DNA of 64,000 nucleotides from an uncultured Endomicrobiia bacterium (GCA_937928765.1 CALFVX010000001.1:16246-80245), one strand, 5' to 3'; shown: positions 28,015 through 37,983, numbered from the stretch's first letter. Notes: generated by a model not told the origin, from the sequence alone. Made by a program: numbers and translations.

Positions 28015-29922
28015 ATGTTTATGAATATATTGAAAACAAATATAAATTTTTATATAAAAAATTATATGTTAAAACATATAAGCAAAGTTTTAATCCTAAT
28101 TATTCTTGCCACATTTCTACACCCACAACAAACAATTCAACAACTTTCTGCAGATCAACAGATAACTCCGGCAATGTTGCTTGAATATGAAACCAAGTTG
28201 GAACAGCAAAGGACAGAATATGTACAAAAAAATATTCTTGATAAAATTTTTGGCCCCAATAGATCTACAGTAATGATAGATATTACTTTAGGATTAAAGA
28301 CAACTACTACAAGACAACAGGCTTCTGCAAAAAAGCTTGATGCAAAAAGAAAATTAGGAGATACAGAATATTTACTACCCGGTATACCAAAACCTGGTTC
28401 TATTGCAGAGTCAGCTGTTCCAGCAGAAGCAAAAGGTGAGGCATCTGGTACTGAAATTATCGGAGTAAATACAGAGATAGTTATACAAAAGCAGAGTATT
28501 ACTGTAATATATGATGAAAAAATCAAAGATAATAAAGTAGAAATGGTTAGAGATGCTATTGCAGCAGCATTAGATATAAGAAAAAAAGAAACAATAGTAT
28601 TTAAGAAAGCAAAGTTTACTACGAATGTTTTGGAAAAATTTTTTGAAAATATTTTGTTACCAAAATATCTTATACCTTTGATAATAACTTTATTGTTATT
28701 AATGTTTTTGTTTGGTCCCATAGCAGATTTTTTAAGAAATTATATAAGAATGTTAAGAGAAAGATCACCCACAGAAATTTCTATAGACTCTAAACTTGCC
28801 AAAGAAGGAGAGTCGCCAACTGAAGGATTAACAGGAGCAGCTGGTGCAAGTGGAGTAGGAGGTGTATCTACAGGGTTGACAGAGGAAGAATTACAAGAAA
28901 AAGAAAAAATTAAAAAAGAAGAAAAATATATACCATTTAGTTATATAGATGACAGTAATATAAAGAGGTTAACATACTTAATAGCAAAAGAGAAACCAGA
29001 AGATATAGCTATTGTGCTTAGCTATTTAAAACCAGAGTATGTTAAACAAGTAATTGAAAGTTTTAAACCACATTTGCAAGCAGAGGTAGCAGTTGCTTTA
29101 GCTCAAGCAAGAGAAATACCGCAAGAAGATATTGTTCGTATGGATAACTATGTAAAAGAAAGAATTGATTTTTTGGTTGGAGGTATGCATCATCTTATAG
29201 AGTTATTACAGAAAGTAGATAAAACTACCCGAGATAATATATTAGAGTATCTTAAAAATGAAAAACCAGATATATATCAAAAAGTTCGTCCACAAATATT
29301 TTTGTTTGAAGATATTATTGATATTCCTGATATAACTTTACAAACTATTATTCGTGAATTAAAACCAGAAAATATTGCTCGTGCTTTAAGAAATGCTCCT
29401 AAAGAATTAGTTGATAAATTTTTTAAAAATATGTCAGAAGGAGCACAGGCACTTGTGAGAGAAGAAATTGACTATGGAAGGCCAATGACAAAAGAACAAA
29501 TTGAAGAAGAACAGAATAAAATTGTAGAATTAATTAAAAGAATGGAACAAGAAGGAAAAATTTATATTAAAGAAAGAGGAAAAACTTTTTTAATTGATGC
29601 AAGCGAAATTGTTTCAGAAACACAAAGAAATAAAAAAACAAATATAGAAGAATCTTTAGGATATGAGTATTATATTCAAGGTATAGATTTTTATCAACAA
29701 GGTGATTTTGAAAATGCAGTAACATATTTACAATATGCAACAGAATTAGATCCACAATTAAAAGAAGCATATCAATATCTTGGAAATATTTATTATGAAT
29801 CAGGGCAATATCAAGAAGCATTGAATTATTACAAAAAAGTTATAGAGATTAATCCAGAAGATAAAGAGTTTGCTTTATGGGTTGAAGAATTTGAAAAATC
29901 ATTATCAGTATCATCAATGTAA
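28015..29922 (+). CDS. Two-TM membrane protein with periplasmic segment, cytoplasmic FliG-like (middle plus C-terminal torque-helix) domain and C-terminal TPR repeats
   Basis: IAIVLSYLKPEYVKQVIESFKPHLQAEVAVALAQ compares with FliG IALILSYLDPDQAA..L..E.L..EV..RIA. FEDIIDIPDITLQTIIRELKPENIARALRNAPKELVDKFFKNMSEGAQALVREEIDYGRPM...EEEQNKIVELIKRMEQEGKIYI compares with FliG FEDIVNLDDRSIQRVLREVD...ALKGA..ELREKF..NMSKRAAEMLREDLE..GPV...VE.AQ..I...RRL...GEIVI. Confidence 0.6.
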   Translation: MFMNILKTNINFYIKNYMLKHISKVLILIILATFLHPQQTIQQLSADQQITPAMLLEYETKLEQQRTEYVQKNILDKIFGPNRSTVMIDITLGLKTTTTRQQASAKKLDAKRKLGDTEYLLPGIPKPGSIAESAVPAEAKGEASGTEIIGVNTEIVIQKQSITVIYDEKIKDNKVEMVRDAIAAALDIRKKETIVFKKAKFTTNVLEKFFENILLPKYLIPLIITLLLLMFLFGPIADFLRNYIRMLRERSPTEISIDSKLAKEGESPTEGLTGAAGASGVGGVSTGLTEEELQEKEKIKKEEKYIPFSYIDDSNIKRLTYLIAKEKPEDIAIVLSYLKPEYVKQVIESFKPHLQAEVAVALAQAREIPQEDIVRMDNYVKERIDFLVGGMHHLIELLQKVDKTTRDNILEYLKNEKPDIYQKVRPQIFLFEDIIDIPDITLQTIIRELKPENIARALRNAPKELVDKFFKNMSEGAQALVREEIDYGRPMTKEQIEEEQNKIVELIKRMEQEGKIYIKERGKTFLIDASEIVSETQRNKKTNIEESLGYEYYIQGIDFYQQGDFENAVTYLQYATELDPQLKEAYQYLGNIYYESGQYQEALNYYKKVIEINPEDKEFALWVEEFEKSLSVSSM

Positions 29923-29957
29923 GAAAGGATATTCTTCCACATCAGGAGGAATTAAAA

Positions 29958-32900
29958 ATGAGTATATTTGATAATATAAAAAATAAGTTAAATAAAAAAG
30001 AAAAAACAGAAACAGATGATAAAATAGAATTTTCAAATAAAAATGACGAGTATATACAAACAGATATGAATGATCCTATTATGTTAAAAGAAAACATACT
30101 TGCACAGATAAGGTATCTTGAACAAAAAATACAACAAGAAAGAGAAGAATTAATAAATCATCTTAAGTCTAAGGAAGAAGAAAAGGTTTCTTTAGAAATG
30201 AAGTTAAGTAATTTAGAATATAAAATTAATTCTAATAGGAATAATTTTGAAAAAGAAATAGAAAAATTAAGAGCAGATTTAGAAAGAGAGTTCCAACGTT
30301 TAAATTCAGAATATAATGAAGAAATTTCTTCTTGGGAAAAGATGTTAAATGTTAAGCAGAACGAAATAGAACAGTTGAGAAACAAAGCAGTATTTGAAGA
30401 AGCACAAAATAAAATGTTATTAGAACAAAAACAACAAGAAGTTAAACAAGAGATAGAAAGATTACAAAATAATCTAAAATTGTTAGAAAGACAGTTTGAG
30501 GAAGAAAAGAGCAAGTTTCATAGACGAATAGAAGAAAAAGATGAAGAAATTTTTAAATTAAAATCTTTAATAGAACTTAAAGAAAAACAACTAAAAGTTG
30601 AAGAAGAGAAATTTTTGTTATCAGCAAAAGATTTAAATGCCAAACGGCTACAGCAGATAAGTGAGATGCAGAAAAAATTTGAAGAAAAAATAGAAAATTA
30701 TAAGAAGTTATATAAGGCAAAAGATGAAGAATTTTTTACTGTAAAATATGTTTTGGAACAAAAACATTCAGAATGGGAACAACAACAAAAAGAAATGATT
30801 TCAAATTTAGAAAAATCAAAGAAAGATTATGAAAACAGGATAGGTCTTCTTAAAGAAGAAATAAAAAGTCATCAACAAGAGTTTGAAAAATTAATACAAG
30901 AGAAAGAAGAAGAAATAAAAAAATTAAAAGTAGAAATTATGTTAAAAGAAACACAATTTAATTCATTGATAGAACAAAAAAAGAAAATATTGTTAGAAGA
31001 AGAACAAAAGATAAAACAACAACTTTTTGATATTGAACAGAAATTTACAAAAGAATATGAAAACTATAATAAGTTGATACAAGACAAAGATCAAGAAATA
31101 ATGCATTTACAACTGATACATCAGCAGCAGTTGTCTAAGCTTAGAGAAGATTGGGATATAAAGATAAAAAAGTTATATGAAGAAAAAGAAGAATTAGAGA
31201 AAAAGATTCCTGAATTAGTTTCACAATTAGAAGAGATGAAATCAAAAGTAGCAAGTATTATGCAAGAGAAGAAGAGTTATATAGCAAAAATAAAGAAACA
31301 GAATAATGAGAAATTGCAAGAATTGAAAGAAAAATTAGAAAATACAATTAAAGAGATGTTAGAAAAAAATCAAAAATCAGAACAAGAATATAAGTTAAAA
31401 AAAGAAGAATTTGAAAACAAAAAAAATACATTAAAAATAGCACTGCAACAAAAAGAGTTAGAATTAAAAGAATTAAAAGAAAAATTAGAAAATGAAATTG
31501 AAAAAGAAAAAAACAGAGTGTTTTTGTTTGAACAAGAAATGAGACAAAAAAATTTACCTTTATATGAAAAAGTTAGTTTATTAAAAGAGGAAATTAAAGA
31601 TACGGAGAATAAAATACAGGATATTTTAAAAGCAAAAGATAAAGAAATACAGCATATTAACTTTAAGTATGAAATGTTAGAGAAGAATTTACAACAGAGA
31701 TATAGTAATGAATTAGAAAGTATTCAAAATAAAAAAATTTTATATGAAGAAAGGATTCTTCAGTTAAGAAATGAATTGAGTAAAATAGAACAAGAAAATA
31801 ATTTGAAGCTACAACAATATGAAAATGAAATAAAAGAAATACAAAACAATATAAATTTTTTAAATGAAAAAACAGAAGTAGAAAAAAGGAAAATAATAGA
31901 AGAAAACGAAAAAATAAAATATCAGTTGAATGAAGAAATTAAAAAATTAGAATGTAGATTAAATGAACTTATAAAAGAAAAAGAACAAATACTTAGTTCT
32001 AAACAACAAGAGGTTGATAGCTTAAATAATAAAATTTTAAATTTAGAAAAACAAAAGTATACTGAGATTGAAATGTTAAATAAAGATTGGCAACAGGAAG
32101 AAGAAAAGTTAAAGTTTAATATTCAACAATTAGAAGAAATTATAAAAGCAAAGATGGAAGAATATAAGACAAAAGTTATTCAAAAACAAAATGAATTGGA
32201 TTTGTTGAAAGAAAAATTTGCTAAAGAAGATTCAAATACGAGAAAAGATGTTGATAATTTAAAAATAAATTTAGAACAACAAAACTTACCTTTAGTTGAA
32301 AAACAGAAAGAAATTTTAAAAGCAATAGATGAATTACAAAAGGAAATGCAAGAAAAAGTTATTGAATATGATAAAAAAATTAATGATTTAAAAATTGAGT
32401 TAGATGATAAAATAAAACAATTTTCTGACATTGAACAGAAAAAGAAACAAGAAATAAAAATCTTAAGAGAAAAACTTAAAAGTTATTTGTTTACAAAAGA
32501 AGCACGAATTAAAGAATTGCAGACAGAATATGAGGAAAGGATTAAGCAGATAGAAAAAGAAAAGCAAGATTTTATTTTAGAACATAACAAAAAAATTCAA
32601 GAGTTAGAAATGACAAAAGATGGCATTGTTGAAAAATATAATATAGAAAGGCAGAAATTATTAGAAAATATTGATAATCTCACAATACAACTTAATAATT
32701 TTCAAGAAGAGATGCCAGAAGTTATTTCTGAAAAAGAAAAGGAAAAAGAAGAGTTGATTGTGCAGCTACAACAAATACAGAAAGAATATGCTGAAAAATT
32801 TGAAAATTTAAAGAACATGCAGATTACTTTACAAGAAAGACTAGAAAAAAGGATAAATAATTATCAAAAAATTATAAATTCTTTAAAGGAAGAACAAGAA

Positions 32901-34766
32901 AGAAAGATATATCAAAAACAGCAGGAGTTTGATAAAGTTAAAGAAGAATTAAAAGAAAAAGAAAACAGATTGTTAGAAGAAATAAGAAATTTGAATGAAA
33001 AAAATACTACAGAAATTGATAGATTAAAACAACAGAAAGAAAATCTTATCAAAAAAATAGAAGAGTTAGAGGCCACAAGTAAACAAATAATTAATAAGTT
33101 AGACTCAGAAATATTACAGATTAAGACAGAAATTATATCTAAAAAAGAATCTTTTGAACAAGAATGGACATTAAAACAAACAGATTTTGAAGATTTAAAA
33201 AATTCTTTAAACATTGAAATAGAATCTTTAAAAGTTAAGTTAAAAGCTGAAGAAGATAATTATAAAATTAAACTTATTGAAAGAACACAAGCACTTGAGA
33301 ATCTTAAAAAAGAATATGAGAATAGATATCAGCAATTGTTAAATGAATTTAACAATAAAAAAAATGACTTTAATGTTAAAATAGAAAAATTAAATATTAA
33401 AATTGCAAATTTGGAAGAAGAATTGAGGTCAAAGCAAGATTATTATTCTGCTTTGCAAAAAGCTAAAAAAGAAGAGATAGATAATATAAAATCTGAACTT
33501 TCTAATTTGGAAATAAATACTAAAATTGAAGAAGAGAAAAGGCAAAAAGAACTATCTTTACAACAGCAGAAATTAAAAGAAGAATTGGAAATATTAAAAC
33601 AACAATTAGAAATACAACGTGATAAATATATTGAAGAATTAAATAATAAAATAGCTGAAGAACAAAAAATTACAAACGATTTTAGACAAAAAGAAAAAGA
33701 GCTATTAGAAAAAATGACTCAAATAGAGGAAGAATATAATACTAAGAAACAACAATATCAGGTAGAATTGTCAAAATTGCAGAAACAATTAAAATTATTA
33801 TCTGAACAAAATGAAAAATTAATATCTGAGTTGGATAAAGAAATAGAACAAAATAATACAAAGATTGCTTTAAAACAAATTGAATTTAATACAATGAGAC
33901 AAAAATTTGAATTTGAATTTAAGAAACTTGTTTTACAGTATCAACAACAGAAAGAAAAAATTATTAGAGATTTTAATAAAGAAAATGAAGAGTTGATAGA
34001 ATCAATAAAAACAAAAGAAAATGAAATTGATACTATAAAGATGAGATATAATATAAGACAAAAAAGTATAGATGAAGAAATTAAAAGAAGAAAAAATTTT
34101 ATAGTAAAAGAATTATCTGAGTTAGAAAATGAGATTAAAAATATGGAAAATGTCTATGATGTAAAAAGTAAAGATTATGAAATACAAATTAACAGGAAAA
34201 AAGATCTTATTTCAAAGTTGAAATCTGAATTAGATAAATTAATTTTTTGCTGGGATGAAGAAAAAGAAAAAATTCTTAAAGAGAAACAAGAAAATAAAAA
34301 ACAATTAGATGAAGAGATAAATATTTTAAAGCAGAAATTAGATGAATACAAAACATATATTAACGAACTCATAATGAAAATAGAATCAAAATTTAAATTA
34401 GAACAAGAATTACTTGATTTTAAAGATTTTGAATTTATCAAAGAAAAACATATAACTTATAATACATTAGATAAAATTTATAGCTTGGTTACAAAAGATA
34501 AAACTAAATCAGAAATTAAGTTCAATAAAAATTTATTAGATGAAGCATTGATGTATTTTGATAACAAACAGTATGATTTATCTATAAAAAAATTTTTAAT
34601 TTTATTAGAACAAGATAAAAACAACGAGTTGTTAAATCAATATTTAGCATTATGTTATTATAACATTAAAGATTTTAAAAAAGCTAAAGAATATGGATTA
34701 AAAGTTTTAGAAATAAATCCTAACAATGAAATTATTAAATCCTGGCTTAAAGAAATAATTGAATAA
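29958..34766 (+). CDS. Giant (1602 aa) coiled-coil protein with C-terminal TPR module
   Basis: Continuous E/K/L/Q/N heptad-rich sequence with no globular ATPase head, and a TPR-like terminus (QYLALCYYNIKDFKKAKEYGLKVLEINPNN). Strong AGGAGG RBS. Confidence 0.6.
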   Translation: MSIFDNIKNKLNKKEKTETDDKIEFSNKNDEYIQTDMNDPIMLKENILAQIRYLEQKIQQEREELINHLKSKEEEKVSLEMKLSNLEYKINSNRNNFEKEIEKLRADLEREFQRLNSEYNEEISSWEKMLNVKQNEIEQLRNKAVFEEAQNKMLLEQKQQEVKQEIERLQNNLKLLERQFEEEKSKFHRRIEEKDEEIFKLKSLIELKEKQLKVEEEKFLLSAKDLNAKRLQQISEMQKKFEEKIENYKKLYKAKDEEFFTVKYVLEQKHSEWEQQQKEMISNLEKSKKDYENRIGLLKEEIKSHQQEFEKLIQEKEEEIKKLKVEIMLKETQFNSLIEQKKKILLEEEQKIKQQLFDIEQKFTKEYENYNKLIQDKDQEIMHLQLIHQQQLSKLREDWDIKIKKLYEEKEELEKKIPELVSQLEEMKSKVASIMQEKKSYIAKIKKQNNEKLQELKEKLENTIKEMLEKNQKSEQEYKLKKEEFENKKNTLKIALQQKELELKELKEKLENEIEKEKNRVFLFEQEMRQKNLPLYEKVSLLKEEIKDTENKIQDILKAKDKEIQHINFKYEMLEKNLQQRYSNELESIQNKKILYEERILQLRNELSKIEQENNLKLQQYENEIKEIQNNINFLNEKTEVEKRKIIEENEKIKYQLNEEIKKLECRLNELIKEKEQILSSKQQEVDSLNNKILNLEKQKYTEIEMLNKDWQQEEEKLKFNIQQLEEIIKAKMEEYKTKVIQKQNELDLLKEKFAKEDSNTRKDVDNLKINLEQQNLPLVEKQKEILKAIDELQKEMQEKVIEYDKKINDLKIELDDKIKQFSDIEQKKKQEIKILREKLKSYLFTKEARIKELQTEYEERIKQIEKEKQDFILEHNKKIQELEMTKDGIVEKYNIERQKLLENIDNLTIQLNNFQEEMPEVISEKEKEKEELIVQLQQIQKEYAEKFENLKNMQITLQERLEKRINNYQKIINSLKEEQERKIYQKQQEFDKVKEELKEKENRLLEEIRNLNEKNTTEIDRLKQQKENLIKKIEELEATSKQIINKLDSEILQIKTEIISKKESFEQEWTLKQTDFEDLKNSLNIEIESLKVKLKAEEDNYKIKLIERTQALENLKKEYENRYQQLLNEFNNKKNDFNVKIEKLNIKIANLEEELRSKQDYYSALQKAKKEEIDNIKSELSNLEINTKIEEEKRQKELSLQQQKLKEELEILKQQLEIQRDKYIEELNNKIAEEQKITNDFRQKEKELLEKMTQIEEEYNTKKQQYQVELSKLQKQLKLLSEQNEKLISELDKEIEQNNTKIALKQIEFNTMRQKFEFEFKKLVLQYQQQKEKIIRDFNKENEELIESIKTKENEIDTIKMRYNIRQKSIDEEIKRRKNFIVKELSELENEIKNMENVYDVKSKDYEIQINRKKDLISKLKSELDKLIFCWDEEKEKILKEKQENKKQLDEEINILKQKLDEYKTYINELIMKIESKFKLEQELLDFKDFEFIKEKHITYNTLDKIYSLVTKDKTKSEIKFNKNLLDEALMYFDNKQYDLSIKKFLILLEQDKNNELLNQYLALCYYNIKDFKKAKEYGLKVLEINPNNEIIKSWLKEIIE

Positions 34767-34785
34767 TTAATAGGAGGACAAAATT

Positions 34786-37700
34786 ATGGCAGAAGAAAAA
34801 AACAAACAATTTGTTCCAAAACCACCATTGATTAATAAACCTGCTCAAGGGTTTATACAAAAACCGCCTTTGCCAAAAATTAATTTACCACAGTCACCAA
34901 AGATACAAGATAAATTACAACAAGGTATGGCTAATTCTGGAATATCATCTGCACCACAATTTTCAACTTCTATAGAACAACGTCTATGGGAAGCAGAACA
35001 AGCTAAAAGACAAATGGAAATTCAACTGCAGGAATTACAAAAAATGTTGTTGGAAGAAAGAGAAAAACTTATGATGCAGACTATAAAAACTAAAGAAGAA
35101 GAAAGTTTAGCTGCTAAAGTTGAAGAAAGTATTAAAGATATTCAAGAGAGGTTAAGAAGGGAGAAAAGAGAACAAGAACTTCAAGAAGAGAAAGAAAAGT
35201 TGTTGAAACAAATTAAAGAATTAGAGGAACGTCTAGTTAAAGAAAGAGAAACTTGGATTGAAACACTTAAAACACAACTTTCTCAAAGAGATTTACAAGA
35301 ACAACAAATAGAGCAACAGTATTTGTCTAAAATAAGAGATTTGGAATCAAGATGGCAAGAAGAAAAGTCAAAATTTCAATTTATTTTGAGGTCTAAAGAT
35401 GAAGAAATAAGTAAAATAAGAAATGAATATAAAATTTTAGAAGAAAAACTCAAAGCAGAAGTTGAAAAACAAATTTCCGAATACAAATTTGAAAAGAAAA
35501 ATTTTGAAACAGAAATTAAAAATTTAAAAACCATAATTGAAGATAAAGAAAAAGAAATAATTTCTTTAAAATCACAAATATCTACAATTATTTCAGAATC
35601 AAATATAAAAAAAGATAAAACAGATTTTGAATTAAAGAAAAGAGAAGAACATATTGCAAAATTACAAAGTATTTTAGATAATATGAAATCTGAAATTAAT
35701 GTTTTGAAAAAACAAAAAGAACAAAATGAAAAAGATTTTTTTATATTAAAAGCACAGATGGGTATAATACAAGCAAAACATAAAACAGAGTTAGAAAAAC
35801 TTTCTGAAAAAAAAGATTTAGAATTAAAATCAGTTCAACAATTAGTTGAGCAGTTAAAAAAGAATTTAGAAAACAAAAATGAGATAATTAAAAATTTAGA
35901 AGTGGAAATAGAAAACTATAAAAAAGAAAAAGAAAAATATGTCTCTGAAAAAGAGAATGAAATTAATATTTATAATGAAAAGCTAAATTCTATAGCCAGT
36001 TTATTGAAGAACAAGGAAGATTATATAAATAAACTTAACCAAGATTTTTCTAAATTAGTCCAAAATAAGGAAAATTTAGAAGAAAAATCTAAAATTTTGG
36101 AAGAAGAAAATAATAAACTTAAAGTTGAATTAGAGAAAAATCTACAGCAGAGAGATGCTGAATCTAAATTGTATCAACAACAAATTTTAGAACTACAGAA
36201 ACAAATTAATGATAAAATCAATTATGTTATGAAATTGGAATTAGAATTAGACAAAAATAGATCTTATTTATTACAGAAGGAACAAGAAAATAATAATCTT
36301 AGGTTAGAATTAAATAGCTTATTGCAAGAGATAGAGTTAAATAAACAAGTAGTTGATGAAATAAAAAAAGAGATATTACTTAAAGATGATCTATTAAGGA
36401 ATTTAAATTTTGAGTTAGAGAAGACAAAATCTAATTTAGAAAAGAAAATTTTAATATTAGAACAGAAAGAAAAAGAGTTAAAACAAATTTTAGAAAAAAA
36501 TGAATACTTAGAAAAAAGTTTAAAACATAAAGAAGAATTGGAAGGAAATTTAAAAGATTTAATAGATAAGATGAAAACAGAAATATCTAAGTTAGAAAAT
36601 GAAATAAAAGTTTCAAAAATAGAAAAGGAAAAGTTAGAAATAGAAGTTAAGAGATTTTTAGAACAATATGAACTAGAAAAAAATAATAATCAATTGCTTG
36701 TTTCTCAACTTCAGGAGAGTAAAGTTAATATAAACAAATTGGAGTTGCAATTAGAAAAATATAAATCAGAATTAGATTTGGCTAATCAAGTGTTGTCAAA
36801 CAGAGAGAAAGAAATAGATAACTTTAAAGAGATTAACATAAGTCTTAAGCAAGAATTGGTAATTAAAGATGAAAAAATTAATAAGATAGAGAATGAAAAT
36901 AAATTACTTATATCAGAATTAGAAAGAACAAAAAATGATTTTGAATTATATTTAAATGAATACAATAAAATTAAATTAGAGTATGAGAAATTAAAAAATA
37001 ATTTTAATGAAGAATTAAACAAAGTAATTTCTGAAAAGTTATTCCCTTATGAAGAACATATTAAAAATATAGAATTTGAAAATCAGAAGTTATTGCAAGA
37101 GCTACAAACTAAGAATACAAAAATAGAAGAATATATAGACTCTATTAAAAATTTAAGTCAGAAGCTAGATAATTTATATAAAGATTATGAAAAACTACAA
37201 CAAGAAAACCAGCAAAAAGAGCAAAATATTTTTTCTCTTAGAGATTTAATTTCAGATTTACAACAAGAAAAAGATAAATTTTTAAAAGAAATAAAAGATT
37301 ATGAATTAGAATTAATAAATAAAAATAATAAAGTTTACGAGTTATCAGAATTAGTTCAGCAGAAAGAAACTGAGATTAAGAAATTTTCTGAAGATATAGA
37401 TGTTTACACTAAGGAAATTAATAATTTAATGTCTACCATAGAAAGCCTCAATATTAAAATAAAAGAACTAGAAGAGAAAAGTAAAGAAGAGAAAGAAAGC
37501 TTGATTTCTGAAAAAAGAATTTTAGAACAAAAGGTAAAAGATCTAATTGAAACAAACGAAGAAAAAAAAGAAACAATTTCAAGAATAAATTCAGAATTAG
37601 ATAATATTAGGAAGAAATATGAACAAGAAAAATTGCAAATTGAAAAACAATATAATGAAAAATTGGAAATTTTGCAAAAAAATCATGAGACTACAATAGA

Positions 37701-37983
37701 TAAAATAGATATTGCTTGGAAAAGGATACATTCAAAATTATTAAGTGAATATCGTTTGTTGGAAAAAAAATTGAACCAAAAAGATGAAGAAATATCAAAA
37801 TTAAAATCAAGATTAGAAACAATAAGTTTAGCTAATGATATTAAGAACAATAAAATTAAAGTGAAAAATTCAAAAATTATAAGTGAAGAAGATGGTGTTA
37901 TTGATATTAACACAAGATATGATAAGAAAAATTTGTTTTTAAGAATTTGGTTGTGGTTAAATAAGCCAATATTGAAAATATAA
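34786..37983 (+). CDS. Giant (1065 aa) coiled-coil protein with Pro-rich N-terminus and hydrophobic C-terminal tail
   Basis: N-terminus PKPPLINKPAQGFIQKPPLPKINLPQSPK, a ~950-aa heptad coiled coil, and a C-terminal NLFLRIWLWLNKPILKI. GGAGG RBS located 19 bp after the upstream stop. Confidence 0.6.
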   Translation: MAEEKNKQFVPKPPLINKPAQGFIQKPPLPKINLPQSPKIQDKLQQGMANSGISSAPQFSTSIEQRLWEAEQAKRQMEIQLQELQKMLLEEREKLMMQTIKTKEEESLAAKVEESIKDIQERLRREKREQELQEEKEKLLKQIKELEERLVKERETWIETLKTQLSQRDLQEQQIEQQYLSKIRDLESRWQEEKSKFQFILRSKDEEISKIRNEYKILEEKLKAEVEKQISEYKFEKKNFETEIKNLKTIIEDKEKEIISLKSQISTIISESNIKKDKTDFELKKREEHIAKLQSILDNMKSEINVLKKQKEQNEKDFFILKAQMGIIQAKHKTELEKLSEKKDLELKSVQQLVEQLKKNLENKNEIIKNLEVEIENYKKEKEKYVSEKENEINIYNEKLNSIASLLKNKEDYINKLNQDFSKLVQNKENLEEKSKILEEENNKLKVELEKNLQQRDAESKLYQQQILELQKQINDKINYVMKLELELDKNRSYLLQKEQENNNLRLELNSLLQEIELNKQVVDEIKKEILLKDDLLRNLNFELEKTKSNLEKKILILEQKEKELKQILEKNEYLEKSLKHKEELEGNLKDLIDKMKTEISKLENEIKVSKIEKEKLEIEVKRFLEQYELEKNNNQLLVSQLQESKVNINKLELQLEKYKSELDLANQVLSNREKEIDNFKEINISLKQELVIKDEKINKIENENKLLISELERTKNDFELYLNEYNKIKLEYEKLKNNFNEELNKVISEKLFPYEEHIKNIEFENQKLLQELQTKNTKIEEYIDSIKNLSQKLDNLYKDYEKLQQENQQKEQNIFSLRDLISDLQQEKDKFLKEIKDYELELINKNNKVYELSELVQQKETEIKKFSEDIDVYTKEINNLMSTIESLNIKIKELEEKSKEEKESLISEKRILEQKVKDLIETNEEKKETISRINSELDNIRKKYEQEKLQIEKQYNEKLEILQKNHETTIDKIDIAWKRIHSKLLSEYRLLEKKLNQKDEEISKLKSRLETISLANDIKNNKIKVKNSKIISEEDGVIDINTRYDKKNLFLRIWLWLNKPILKI

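Noticed and set aside
28155-28721. 188-aa minus-strand ORF overlapping the FliG-like gene
   Set aside because: The + strand frame carries the conserved FliG-like motifs. The antisense ORF is hydrophobic and low-complexity, with no start context.
29958-37983. Minus-strand ORFs inside the giant coiled-coil genes (30158..30514, 32180..32431, 32912..33214, 34175..34441, 36786..37022, 37683..37913)
   Set aside because: They are antisense to GAA/AAA-rich heptad coding sequence. They translate to S/F/L-rich low-complexity peptides, which is the classic shadow of poly-Glu/Lys codons. They have no RBS or context.
29958-37983. Interpretation of the giant coiled-coil genes as SMC/MukB-type condensins or as eukaryotic myosin/contaminant DNA
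   Set aside because: There are no Walker A/B or signature ATPase motifs and no hinge. A prokaryotic RBS (AGGAGG), operon context and bacterial flanks argue for native bacterial scaffold proteins.
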